A DNA stretch of 64,000 nucleotides from Malacoraja senta (Eukaryota): the NCBI GenBank assembly GCA_038087875.1, contig CM075984.1, positions 44,888,001 to 44,952,000 on the forward strand, in the 5' to 3' direction. The notes below the pieces were generated by a model. It did no database searches. It saw only the letters and a program-made list of their open reading frames with translations, and was not told the origin of the DNA. Each line of letters opens with the position of its first letter. Within the stretch, counting starts at the first letter, position 1. This document shows positions 39,049 to 52,884 of this stretch, piece by piece. Made by a program: the position numbers and the translations under genes.

Positions 39049-39278
39049 AGAAGGAACTGCAGATGGTGGAAAATCGAAGGTAGACACAAATGCTGGAGAA
39101 ACTCAGAGGGTGAGGCAGTATCTATGGAGCGAAGGAAATAGGCAACGTTTTGGGTCGAGACCCTTCTTCAGACTCAATTATGTCTGAAGAAGGGTCTCGA
39201 CCCGAAAAGTTGCCTATTTCCTTCGCTCCATAGATGCTGCCTCACCCGCTGAGTTTCTCCAGCATTTTTGTCTACCTT
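39049..39278. mobile_element. Inverted pair of Penelope-derived termini
   Basis: ~100-bp arms around the spacer tcaattat. CTTCCCAAATT at 39033-39043 and 39276-39286. Confidence 0.8.
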
Positions 39279-39784
39279 CCCAAATTGGTGATGCAGTTTG
39301 CATACGTTTGAGATTATTCCCTCTTATAGAATCTGTGACATGTCAAATATTATAACATGCATCTTAGCCATATTTATTTTAATCTCATTGGAAAGAAAAA
39401 TCAGGAGGGTGTAAAGCAAATGGGCAACACAATCCTATTAGTGTCTCACTAAAGCCACTAATCTGAAAATACAGTCTTAAGAGTTTTCGTTCTGTCAGGT
39501 TTTGAGTCTTTAATTGTCATATGTACCAACAATGGAACAATTAAACTCTTACTTGCAGCAGCATAACAGGCTTGTACTGATAGATAACAATGCTGATAGA
39601 TAACATATAATAAACAAAAAAAACAATATTCAGCCATTCCCCTCCTTATACATTCGCCTTTAGCTTATTAAACAATAATGAGTCGTCCCCTGCCCAATGG
39701 TTTTGTTGTCTTCTTAAAAAACCTTTTGATTTCTCAGACATGATTTCCTACTAATTAAGGTATGTCTGCAGTTTTCAAGATTTT

Positions 39785-40260
39785 AGAAACATAGGAACAT
39801 AGAAAAGAGGTGCAGGAGGAGGCCATTTTGGCCCTTCGAGACAACACCGCCATTCATTGTGATCATGGCTGATCATCCACAATCAGTAACCCGTGCCTGC
39901 CTTCTCCCCATATCCCTTGATTCCGCTAGCCCCTAGAGCTCTATCTAACTCTCTTTTAAATTCATCCAGTGAATTGGCCTCTACTGCCTTCTGTGGCAAA
40001 GAATTCCACAAATTCACAACTCTCTGGGTGAAAACGTTTTTTCTCATCTCAGTTTTAAATGGTCTCCCCTTTATTCTTAGACTGTGGCCCCTGATTCTGG
40101 ACTCCCCCAACATTGGGAACATTTTTGGGAACATTTTTCCTGCATCTAGCTTGTCCAGTCGTTTTATAATTTTATACGTTTCTATAAGATACCCTCTCAT
40201 CCTTCTAAATTCCAGTGAATACACGCCCAGTCTTTCCAATCTTTCCTCATATGACAGTCT
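39785..40260 (-). mobile_element. CR1 (HER1-like) LINE 3' fragment
   Basis: LSYEERLERLGVYSLEFRRMRGYLIETYKI...RGHSL...FTQRVVNLWNSLP, a CR1 ORF2 C-terminus. Confidence 0.9.
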
Positions 40261-40319
40261 CCAAAACATAATCCTCATATTATCTCCAAAACTTCCCTTA
40301 TCTTTCTTAGTTGAGGTTA

Positions 40320-40610
40320 ATTTATAGATATAGTGCTGAATCAGGCCCTTCAGCCTACTGAGTCCACGCCGACCAGCTGTCCCCGGACACTAGCACTATC
40401 CTACACACTAGGGACAATTTACAATTTTACCGAAGCCAATTAACCTACAAAGCTGTATGTCTTTGGAGTGTGGGAGCACCCAGAGAAACCCATGGTGTCA
40501 TGGGGAGAACATAAAAACTCTGTGCCGACAGCACCCGTGGTCAGGATTGAACCCAGGTCTCTGGCACTGTAAGGCAAGTAACTCTATCGCTGCACCACCG
40601 TGCCACCCCA
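40320..40610 (-). mobile_element. HE1/V-SINE
   Basis: Full-length reverse copy. Confidence 0.85.
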
Positions 40611-41569
40611 ACTTCTCTTCCCACCTATATTTAAATGGATTTTGCCGTTTCATTAGAATATATTATATTGGCTTACTTTTTCTATTTTTTGAATATTGAA
40701 TGTCTCTGTAAAGACCCATGATGTAAACATTTACATTTAGAGGCAGTGCCGAAACCAAAGTCACAATTAGGCTTCCCTTTTCTGTGCCCATTTTAGCTCC
40801 AAAATGTTGTTTAACCACTGATCAGAACTGTGGACAATTTTCTATTCAAGGAAAAGGGGCTGTGCTTTGAACAAGTCCATTGTTGTTTGCAGAGACATAA
40901 GCTCCATGCCTCCAGCAATGCAGTTCGAAAAAGCACGGCAAGACATGCATAGTGTTTCAGTAAGTTATCTATGGTCACCCCAGATCTTTCAATCTCATAT
41001 GTTATTCCTCGCGGTATATATTTACAGAACTGCAACATGCAATATCAAGGCAGTGATCGGTGTTCCCTTCAGACTCCCTACTGAATCCACGGGACCATTT
41101 AACTAAGAATGTAGAAAGGAATTGCAGATGCTGGTTTATACTGAAGCTAGACACAAAATGCTTGAGTAACTCAGCAGGACAGGCAGCATCTCTGGATAGA
41201 AAGAATGGGTGATATTTTGGGGTTGAGACCTTTCTTCAAGTATTTCCTTTATTCAGTCTAATCATTTGTATTGATCTACATCATCAATTGGCATTAGGCA
41301 CTTGCTGAGCCATCTGCCTTAACCAGTGAAATGAAGCAACCTGAGAGTACTGGCCCTAAGTTTCAACAGCAATCTGATTTTCTATAATGTACAACTGCCC
41401 TTTTTTTATATAATGGTATTTTCACTTAGTAACGTTATCTACCTAGGTGATGTTATTTGTAAGGCCCAGGATCACATCAATGCTGCTGCGGTCAGAAGAA
41501 GGTCAGAAACCTTTGGATAGGAAGGAACTTTTAATTTCCTAGAGTAGTGGCGTCATAGCATGGAACAGT

Positions 41570-42345
41570 TTACGGCATGGATACAGCATGGAAACAGGAG
41601 TCTTAGCCCAACTCATCCATACTGACCAAGATGCCCCATCTATGTGAGTTCCACCTGCCCACATTTGGCTCATTTCCCTCTAAACCTTCCTATCCATGCG
41701 CCAATCCAAATGCCTTATTTGTATCTGTCCAAATAGGTTTGCAAGAATGATCCTGCGAATGATTGGGATAACATATGATGGGTGTTTGATGGTTCTGGGC
41801 CTGTACTCACTGGAGTTTAGAAGGATGAGGGTGGATCTCATTGAAACCTACTGAATAATGAAAGGCCTGGATAGAATGAATGTGGAAAGTTCCAGTGATG
41901 GGACAGTCTAGTACCAGGGGGCACAGCCTCAGAATAAAAGGACATACTTTTAGAATGGAGATGAGGAGGAATTTCTTTAGCCAGAGGGTGGTGAAACTGT
42001 GGAATGCATTGCCACAGATGCCAGTAGGGGCCAAGGCATTGGGTATTTTTAAAGCGGAGATTGATAGATTCTTGCTTAGTGAGGGCTTCAAAGGTTACGG
42101 GGAGAAAGCAGGAGAATGGGGTTGAGAGGGAAACAATAGATCAGCCATGATCGAATGACAGAACGGGCTCAATGGGCCGAATGGCCTAATTCCACTCCTA
42201 TATTTTATGGCCTTTTAAATGTTGTTATAATACCTGCCTCAACTACATTCTCCGGCAGCTGGTTCCATGTACTCACCACCCTCTGTGTGCAAAGGGTGCC
42301 TCTCAGGTTCCAATCAAATCTTTGCCTTCTCTTCTTAAACCTATC
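41570..42345. mobile_element. Nested CR1 fragments (plus-strand ~41735-42212 inside a minus-strand copy)
   Basis: RGHSLRIKG...RRNFFSQRVVKLWNALP on plus strand; flanks continue a minus-strand CR1 tail. Confidence 0.8.
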
Positions 42346-45300
42346 AATTCCGTAATGTTTCCAGTTTGCCAGTTACTGTGCAAATTCAGTCCGTGCTGCA
42401 TCTTGTGCAAATGTTATTTGCAGACCTCTGTGATTTCCTGCCTTGCCCGCAAAAATATGGCTAAATTAGATGTAAATTAGAACTAAATTGCATGAAATAG
42501 TTGTTTGAGTCTCAATTAGATCATTACTCAATTAGAAGTGAAAAATTGGACTTGCTCCGATACCTGGAACAAGCAATTTGAACAAAAGAAATCAGAAATG
42601 ATGTTACATCTGCAAATGAAATGTACAGAATGTTTACATAAAACAAAATACAAAGGAATTCTCCATAGCATGGATGAAAACTCTGTCTCTACCAACTGAA
42701 AAAAAAATTGCCTTTGAAATCAAAATGCAGCAATCAAAGCCTCCATTTTACAGTAATATTCCTCGGCATTCTCTTCCACTGCGATTTTCTGCTCTTACCT
42801 CACTGATTTTTTTTAGTGTTTAATACATTTTTCTTTGTGTAAAATGAATGGCAGCTGTAAAAGAGGGAAACGTGTAACCTGGTAATTTTTTGGGGGAACT
42901 GGTAACTAGATTGTCTCAAGGAGAAAATCAGGTAATAAAGAGACACTTAACTAGTTAATGCTTCAAAGCAATGTGCCATAATGAGGCAAGTTTTCTTTTG
43001 CACCTTTGGAAAACCTAAAAGATACAATGTTGTTGGATGAGAAAAAAGAAACATAGGAAAAAAATAATCACCGGATGGTTTGAATAATCACCTGCCAATC
43101 ATAAGGGGCTTTTCATTACTGTAAGAAGGTGTCAGATTCATTTTAATGTCCCAGCTAAAACCCTCTGAAGTTATTCAAGATAATCTTGTCTGTCTTTGGT
43201 ACTTAGTTGATAAAACGCAGTTATATTTAAAGTAACTCTGCCCTTCTTGGATAATGTCTGCGCTGTAATCTCAATAAGCACATCTTGCGATCAATTACAG
43301 AATGATTGGTGAAGATTTGTTTCAGGAACATTCCCAACTCATGACGTTGGAATAAAGCCAACTTATCAAGTCATAAAAAAACCTGGTAGGAAATGTCTAG
43401 CTTTCTTTCTCTGATTTATAATCAGGACAGAAAGAGGTTGGACTTCCCTAATGCATTAAATTTGTAGCATGATCTAGAAAATTAATTATGTGTTTGAGGA
43501 TCACTTTGACAAAAAAAAAATCTTTCACCAAGTATTGCATTTTGGTCTCATATGTTATCATATATTTACTACAATAGCTTGAAATATGCATTCATTCACT
43601 TCACAGATCATAAGGCATACATCAGCAGCAACAAACTCGAGGGACTCTAAGCCATTGAGAGTCTTAACCTTTCACACATAAAAACGGCTTTCACATGACA
43701 CTCTCAAGAAGGCTGTCTTTGGAAGCTGCACAAAAAGTACGTTAGTCAGGGATGGAATACAAAGAAGCGATTTAACTTTTTTTTTAAATATTAAAAGTCA
43801 TAAACAATGCAACATAATGGAGCTAATGACGTATCTGAGGTTCTGGCAAGTAGAAAGTAAAGTACGTTTTTTAAAACAAAATCTATTTTTTTAAAATATT
43901 TTAAAGATGCCTAGAACACAAATTATAGAGATTAGCATAACTTTGAATTACAGATGATCCACATGTATTGTTCCAGCTTCAGCCTTGGGGTTTATGACAT
44001 GATCTGAATGCCTAGATACTGTGCGAGCTTTGTAACTTGCTCATGATTCGCCATGTATCACATGGAGTTGAGATAGATCTTATTACCTATAATATCGCTG
44101 CCTAGAAGTTAAAGGGCACTTAGTTCCCACACCAATGTAGACATAAATTTCAGGTTCCTTCATGGTTTCAAAAACAGTAAAAGCTATTTAATCCATACAG
44201 TAATAAAACTGAACGATGGATTACATACCAGAAGAGGATTCTGATCAAAGAGTTATATGATACCACTGCATCATATACTCTTTAACAACTACTTATCTTA
44301 CTTTCAATGAAGAAAAATCTCTATGTAGAATCAGAAGTAAAACTAACTTTGAAAACACAGGAACACTACAGCAGCATGATTTCAGCATAATCTAAGTAGA
44401 TGATTTTCACAAAGACTTCAAAGTGTAGGGACTTTCGAAAGTACCAAATGTAGAAAAGTATTTTAAAAGAGCATTAGGAATATCTAGTTAATTTTAAATC
44501 ATATGTGAAGGAAATTATTTATTTGTTCATTTTTTTTGAGGGGGGGAGGGAACTACACTTAAATATATATATATATATATAAATGACAAATGCATGTAAA
44601 CGATATGTTTAGAATGAAGAATGGGCCTACTCTGGTCACAAAATTTATGTACCATATTTGTCCCATGAGTCAGTGATGATAAAACAACCTTGGTTCAACT
44701 CATCCTTCCTGTCTCTTAAAGCTCACGGTCATAAAAAGCAGAAGAGCTCCCTCAGAAGCTGCAAGATGAAAACAGATCAGAGACTTTCAACCTGGCACCT
44801 TTAAACAGAACACTGGTTGATAGCATCTGCAGATGTGCAACTGCAAATAATTTCTCTCTTTGTTTATTCACCAACTCTAAACACACTGGGACCCATTGGC
44901 TCTGAATATAGAATTTGTGACTACAATTTTGAATAGAGAGTTGTTTATGGATGCTTAAGTTTTAACCCAGAGGTAACACAGGAAATGGCTTTGCCTCCTT
45001 TATATGTTCCTGTACTCTTTATGTGATTAGTAGGTTTGAAGGAGCAGCTAGTTCACAGATCTTTTTTCAATCTGAGTCTGCAGCGGTGGTTGTGATGATT
45101 ATGGGATCCTTTTGAAATGAAATGACATGAGGCCAGGACATTTGTCAGATGCAGCGGTCTGGAGGGTCACCCAAATTTGAACTGTCTAACATATGATGGC
45201 TCACCATGAACCAGATTATTGACTCAAAGGCAAAACATGAAGTTGGAATGTAATTGCAATACACATGTTTTAATTCTTGGTGTGGAAGATAAAGTGCTGC

Positions 45301-45904
45301 AGTAACTCAGCAGCTTAGTCAGCATCTCTGCACAACATGGACAGGTGACGTTTCGGGTCAGGACCGATCTTCAGACTTATTGAGGGGGAGGGAGAAGAAA
45401 GCTGGAAGGGTGGCACAATAGCGCAGCAGGTAGAGTTGCTGCCTTACAGCGGGTGGGTGTAGGAAGACACAGGGAAGAGAGGGGGCACAAAAGGCGGAGT
45501 TTTATCTAAAATGGGAGAATCTAATGTTGGTTATCAATTTGCCTTCATTTGGTTAGCAATTTCAGTTATTTGAATGTGCGGAGGGTCTATATAAGCTGAA
45601 CACTGCTTTCTTAAAAATATTAAGTGAACCACATGAAGACAGATGTAGTAATTAGGACTGCATAAGCAACGTTTTTTTGTTGAATCAAAAAGTAAAATAC
45701 TGCAGATGCTGGAAATATAATGTAGAACAGGGAATGATGAAAATACTCAACAGATCATGTAGCATAGCTGGAGAAAGAAGAATGATGTTTCAGGTCATTA
45801 TTCTACTGAATATTTGGAGGACTTTGAGTGCTTTTACTTTCATTGTTGGGTTATACAAGGTAACAGAAGTTATAACAGTGTTTAATTTACTTCCAGAACA
45901 ATGA

Positions 45905-46208
45905 TTATACAGCATGGAAACAGGCCCTTCAGCCTACTGAGTCCATGCCGACCATCGATCACCAGTTTATATGTTATCCCACTTTCTTATCCACTCTCCA
46001 CACACTAGGGGCAACTTCAAGAGGCCAATTAACTTGCAAACCCGCACAAGTTTGGGATGTGGGAGGAAACCGGAGCAACCAGAGGAAACACACACAGTCA
46101 CAGGGAGAACATGTAAACTCCACACAGGCAGCACCCAAGGTCAGGATTGAATCTGGGTCTCTGGCACTGTGAGGCAGCAGCTCTACCTCTGCATCACCAT
46201 GCCACCCT
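45905..46208 (-). mobile_element. HE1/V-SINE
   Basis: Full-length reverse copy. Confidence 0.83.
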
Positions 46209-48949
46209 TATGCTACAGCTTTACACAATGTTGATCAGAATTCATCTGGTGAACTGCATTCTTTTCTGCCCATTGTACCTCGGGAAAAGATGTATTACCC
46301 TGACAGGGAGTGCAGTGTAGATTTTATGGAATTATTCCGTGGCATGCAAGGTTAGATATATGATAACAGTTTGAAAAACCTGACTTGTATTTCATTCAAC
46401 ATAGAAGATTGAGAAGCCGGGAGCGCCAAAGACCTGGGTTCAATCCTGACTATGGGTGCTGTCTGTACAGAGTTTGTACATTCTCCATGTGATTGTGTGC
46501 GATTTCCCAGGGTGCTCCAGTTTCATCCCACAGTCGGGATTGAACCCGGGTCTCTGATGCTGTAAGGCAACAACTTGGTGCAGACTCCGTCGGCCAAAGG
46601 ACCTGTGTCCGCGCTGTATCTCTAAAGTCCAAACTGTACAGCGATTGAATCCTAAAAGGATATGATTGGATAGGAAAAAAGAATCTATTTTTTCAGATTC
46701 AGAATTTCAGTCAATGAAGGCATAACAGTAATCATAGCCAACTAAATTCTAATTTTATCAAGCAGTATTTATAGTATTATGGCCAATTGACGTTTTGGGT
46801 CAGGACCCTTCTTCAAACTCTATGAGTCTGAATTGAGGGGCAGGATAGGTTTCTTCTGTTCTGGTAGTCTATGGTTTTATATACCTTTATGATCACATTA
46901 AGATTTCACAATGTTATAAATTGTACATATTTCATAAAGAATTACTATTCAACAGTCCACTGCAACCTTAGCACAAATAAAAGACGATAGCGCAAAATAG
47001 AGCATTACTGCCATTATTTCACCAACAAGCTGATCTTCATATCATAACTCAAATTACATTAGCAAAGCATCTTCATTGCAATAACATATTCATCGCAGAG
47101 AGGTTCAGACAGTCATGAGAGCAAAACAAATAAATGAGCGGATGATATGCAGTGCCTCTTGACTGTTTTGAACACAAGGCATTTAGAATTTGCAATTGCA
47201 CTGCTATAGCAATGTGTTTGAAGCCGCTGCGCTCCCACTTTCCAGAAGAAATTGATTAAGATATCAATTAATTTTGTGCTTTCACTGAAAGAAACTAGGC
47301 CGGGTCCTATTTGCCCAAAGGGGGAATTTGTTTATTCTCACTTTCTAGTTTCTACAATACTCTGAACTGTTGGATGTGGGAGTTATCAGTGTACTGCAGA
47401 AAGCAGAAAAAACATTGCACAATTCAAACTGCACGTTAAGTAAAGAATTAAAAGCCGCAGATGCAAGCAGTCAATTTGCCCCCCCTTTGTGCCATTAGAA
47501 TCTCATTTTCTGCCTATTAAAATGTTCCTTACTGTTCAAGCAATGGCAGTAGCCAATGATTGCTGTGTAATTGACTATAATTGTCTTTTCACTTTTCATC
47601 TATGTCATTTCGCGCTTTCTTCTGTTCTTCAATTTATAGAATGCTTTTCAAGAGAATCACACCTTTAGCGCACTATCTCCTCGCTCTGAAATGACTCACT
47701 TTTAATTACACGTTCCAGTCCCTTGTGACCTATATTAAAAATTAACTGGTGTACATATCAGATGACACCTGTGTCCAACTTATACTAATAAATGGAGACA
47801 GTATATTTTAATAAAATGATAATGTCGACTTTCCACCAGCTGGTAATACATTTTAAAAGTTTAATGGGGCAATATTGAGTGTGGGTGATATTAGCCAAAG
47901 GTAGCACATTAGCTTGAGATGCTCTATTAACTGAGCCTTTAGTCTACATAATTCAACGATCATTTATGCCTATGGTGCAGTGCAGACTATCTTTGTCCGT
48001 TCAAGTCTCTTATAACACTAACTACACTTAATTTCTTCTCGGAAAATAATTTACTGACTTCATAGTTGTACGATATGGATGTTTTCCAGAGGTTACATTA
48101 TGATATTGGAGCTTTAAAGTTTTAAACCAAAATGTAGTCATATTGCACTCTACTTCCATTATTTCATTTGAGGCAGTTACTAACATATGCACTACACTAG
48201 GTTTATAAAGTGATTTAACACTAACATTTCAATTTTTTTTAAAGAAACAAAATATGTAAATCAATAAGGATGAATTGATATGGCCAGTTCCCATTTATTC
48301 GACTAGCATGTTTCAAGGGGAAAGTTTCATCAAAAAAGTTATATTTTAATGAATAATTATTGTTGTAGATTTGCTTGCCTTCATTTATTAAGTAGTTCTT
48401 CAAGTAATCCCCACCTAGGATTGAATAGCCTTGTTAAATCACTTTATAAATATGTATCTGCCTCGATTGAAATTATAGAAGAACGATTTTTTTTTTAAGC
48501 AAAAAAAAGCATGTACTTTAAACAACTGATAGAATCAGGTTATTGACTTGAAAGGTAATCCACTTTAATCTATTACACAATTTTTTTAAGCATTCACTGA
48601 AAATCATCTTGGAAGGCTGATTTGGTTTGAATAACATTACAAATGTTTTTTTTTTAATGAGTCCTCCCATTAATTCTTTGCGACTATTCTTCAGATTGTG
48701 TTCTCAACATTTATCCACTTGTCTGACTATTCCAAAAGAAGACAGTGAAAAGTTTGTCTTACAACATGTCAAGAATAGCAAGTACTTGAAAACTGACTGA
48801 GCAGAAACTTGCACACAGTCACATGAACCGCACAAATCAGATTCGGGGAATGACTTAAATTTAGAAATCTTTCTTTAGTTTAGCCTTGGGTTGTAAACTG
48901 TTTGGTTCACGTATACAGTAGACAGTCTGTTCTGAATCACAAAACTGAC

Positions 48950-49164
48950 CTGAGGCGAGAGGCCGTTGCTAACCGTTGGGTTCATGGGATTGGTAGACCC
49001 TGCTGGAGACATAAAGCTGTCTGTGTACCCTGAAAATCCATGCCTGCTGGTGGATAAGCAATAAGCTGAACTGCTGTCTGGAGTAGAAGGGAGGCTGTTC
49101 TGGTGAACTGATGTCGGAGGCAGAGGCTGTGGCCTGTGAACTGTGTTGCTTGGATCTGAGATTG
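48950..49164 (-). CDS. PAX3: PAX3 exon 7 equivalent
   Basis: (A)[71 protein letters not shown], within ORF 48875..49174. Acceptor tttcag, donor gtcagt, 215 nt, phase 1 to 0. Confidence 0.97.
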
Positions 49165-50424
49165 CTGAAAGCACAATAACATGTATTGTATATTAATGCC
49201 ACATCACCTTTGTCAGAAATCTGCCATTCTAGGTCTAAGAGGCGACAAACTCGTGTGCCTGGTGACTTTTAAAGCACTTTTTTCCCGCAATTGTTACTCT
49301 CTTGTTTTAGAAGTCAAAACATTGTGGCTCAGAGAAACAGTGTCTTCAAGAAAAATAATCATTCTTTTTCACTTGTTCAAAACATTATAATTTACAGCAA
49401 CATTTACCGCTGTATTTCCTACTTAAACTGTTTGTAGAAAAAAATAATAATAATGAGAATCGATAGTCCTGGCGCGAAGCCTCTTCAAATAGGGCCACAA
49501 TTTATAGAATATAAACATCTGATGAAGAACAACCAACTACCACCCTTACCCCACTTTTCCTGTGATCAGTCACCAGTTAACCAGGAATTACCTGATTTGA
49601 AGGTGCCTTTTTCCACACCCTAATCTTCCTTGTGTTCCCTCTATAATGATGGCTCATGCAAAAGATATTCTGTGTTTTGATAAGTCTTCTTGACAAAAAA
49701 AATTCCCAGATGCTTTTTTATGAAGACATTGATTTCTCAAAATGATGCTATCTTTCATTTATCATATCAAATGCATGATATTTAAACAATAAATACATAT
49801 TATCGAAAAGCTAACCACGGTGTCAATGATAATTTCCGAAGGGTAACATTGCGCTAATGATATTTTCTTCTAAAACATATTGGAAAAAAAGCACGTGCAC
49901 ACAAACAGTATAACAGCACAATGATTACTAAATCTATCATTGCCTTTTAAAACAGAGCAAAATCTTCACATAATGACTGAACTGTATTGATCTGTATTTT
50001 CAAATAAGTCTGACATTTCCTTCTAACGCACTATAATATTGAAAGAATGATGATTTTTAAAGATTCTATTCTTTTCCACTATTTTGCCAATGTTTCTTTT
50101 GATTTTGGAACTGCTTCATTCAAAGTATAGTAATGCTCATTGCTTTCAACATTCGAACTGGTGTAAAATCCTGCCCCAAATATTGAAACAAACGTTTTTG
50201 TTGTGTGCTGACTGCATGGAACTTGGCTCTCAATAAATGCAGATCCTTTGAACTGATTTGCTTCTTAACAGGGTATCTCATGTAGGTCTTTGGTGAGTGA
50301 AAATGAAAACTGCTAGAGTGTTAAAAGATTTAATCTGCTGATTTACCTTCATTCACAGCGCTCGGTCCATGAACAATTTTATGCCCCATTGCCATCAACC
50401 CTCACCCTACTCACCCCTCTCACA

Positions 50425-50940
50425 CTGTAAGCAAATTTGGGCCCCATATCTGAGGAAGGATGCGCCGGCTCTAGAGAGGGTCCAGAGGAGGTTTGCAAGA
50501 CTGATTCCAGGAATGAGTGAGTTAGCATATGATGAGCATTTGGCAGCACTGGGCCTCTACTCACTGGAGTTTAGAAGGTTGAGAGGGGGAGGGACCTCAT
50601 TGCAAATTACAGAATAATGAAAGGCATAGATAGAGTGGATGTAGAGAGGATGGTTCCACTGGTGGGATAGTCTCGGACCAGAGGTCATAGCCTCACAATT
50701 AAAGGGCGCTCTTTTAGAATGGAGGTGAGGAGGAACTTCTTTTGTCAGAGGGTAGTAAATCTGTGGAGTCATTGCCACAGAGGGCTGTGGAGGCCATCAG
50801 TGGATATTTTCAAGGCAGAGATAGACAAATTATTGATTAGAACGGGTGTCAATAGTTATGTGGAGAAGGCAGAAAAATGGGATTAGGAGGCATAAATGGC
50901 GGAGTAGACTCGATGGGCCTAATTCTACTCCTATAACTTG
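50425..50940 (+). mobile_element. CR1 LINE 3' fragment
   Basis: QIWAPYLRKD..LERVQRRF...LGLYSLEFRRLRG. Confidence 0.87.
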
Positions 50941-51579
50941 TGGGCAGACTTGGCAAATGCTATACTGGTACTGAAGAGAGGTAAAATTAAATAAGCACTA
51001 GCAGGGACTAATTGTACCTGTGAGTTTGACTTAGTGAGATTCTTGAAGAAGCAAGTTTATGATTTTGGTGCAGAGATTTTACAGGAAATGTTGCATCAGT
51101 GGAGCAATGTAAAGGGCATATTTTATTCTTCCTAACGTTACTTAAACTGGAAGTAATTGAAAGTGACACTGGGTCTCATAATGGCAAGTGTTCCATATTC
51201 TGGTGCCAACTCATTCATGGAGGAATGCTTGCGTGTGCACACTAAAGTTGCTTGATAGCTATTATCATAACTAAAGGTTCTTTCGATGGCATGAAATATC
51301 TGGAAGAAATGACTACAGCAGAAACTTCAAAATGCATTTAAGATTCACGCTGAGAAGCCTTGTAGGCACAGAGATCGAGACAAGTGGAAAACTTTGTGAT
51401 ACAGGGGGGTCATTTTGCAGAACAGCCACTTTACCACAGGAGCTGCGGACACCTAACCCATAAAACTTTGCATTAAGTTGGGAGGTAAACTCGGCTTGTG
51501 TGGCAATGCCAAAAGGCAGTGTCAGCCACTTATTATACATCTTTTGTATTCAGTACCATTTAAATCAAAAATACTTTTT

Positions 51580-51885
51580 GGGCGGCACGGTGGTGCAGCG
51601 GTAGAGTTGCTGCCTTACAGCGCTAGAGTCCCAGGTTTAATCCAGACTACGGGTGCTGTCTGTACGGAGTTTGTACATTCTCCCCGTGACCACAAAGGAT
51701 TTCCCCGGGTGCTTCGGTTTCCTCCCACACTCTAAAGACGTGTTGGTTTGAAGGTTAATTGGCTTTGGTTAAAATGTAAATTGTCCATAGTGTGGGTAGG
51801 ATCGTGTTAATGTAAGCATGATCGCTGGTTGGCGCGGACTCGATGGGCCAAAGGGCCTGGTTCCACACTGTATCTCTAAACTAGA
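51580..51885 (+). mobile_element. HE1/V-SINE
   Basis: Consensus match. Confidence 0.87.
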
Positions 51886-52884
51886 CTTGGATATTGAAGG
51901 AAGCTGTGTGCATTATCCATGTAGATCAGATGAAAAGTTGATCAGAACACTGGCAGATGGAATTTAATCCTGACAAGTGTGAGGTGATGTATTGTGAGAA
52001 GCTAAATAGAAGTAGAACATGTACAGTTAATAGTGTGAAGGCATTTTGTGCCTTCCTAAGGTATGGATGTTTATGGATTTAGCGTAGATGAGGGTTAGTG
52101 TAAATGAGAAAAAAGGTTGGTTTGAACATGGTGGGCCAAAGTGCACATTTCTCTGCTGTGTGACCCCATGAATGGACCCTAAAGCTGTGGCTAACTCCCA
52201 AGTTCACACGTTATAGGAGTAGAATTAGGCCATTCAGCCCATCGAGCCTACTCCACCATTCAATCATGGCTGATCTCTGCCTCCTAATCCCATTTACCTG
52301 CCTTCTCCCCATAACCCTTGACACCCGTTCGAATCAAGAATCTCTGAGATTTTCATAAAAGTACAGAAAACCCAAATTGACCTATAGCCAGTCCTACTTG
52401 TGACTTGTGACTCATTTCAATTTAGATGGGCTCTGACACTGCAAAAAGTGTGCAAAATGAGGTGTTAAATCTCCAAGTTGGGGAATCTACATGATCATGT
52501 GGAGCCAGTGTGGAGAGGCATGGCCACTGGGCAATTAGGTAATCATTCATTAACTTAAATATTTTAAATTGTTTGAGTATATTTAAATGTTTTAAATGCT
52601 TCGAGATAAATTAATTGTTTGAAATTAAAAGTCAGAAACATTCACAATATTTTACACCAGCTCGGGCAGAATGAGACAACCGTTTAAATTTTGTTTTGCC
52701 CATTACATTGCAGAAGGACCTAGCACCACACAGGAGCTTCTAACTGGGGATCGAGCCAGCTCTCATATGCTCTCAAAGTTCTTACTTTCTCCAACAAGCA
52801 ATGGTGATTGAGAATCAAGCCACTAGTACCACATTCTGGCCAGAGTCAGTTGGGAACAAAGGAGCTAGCTGATTAATAGACTGT

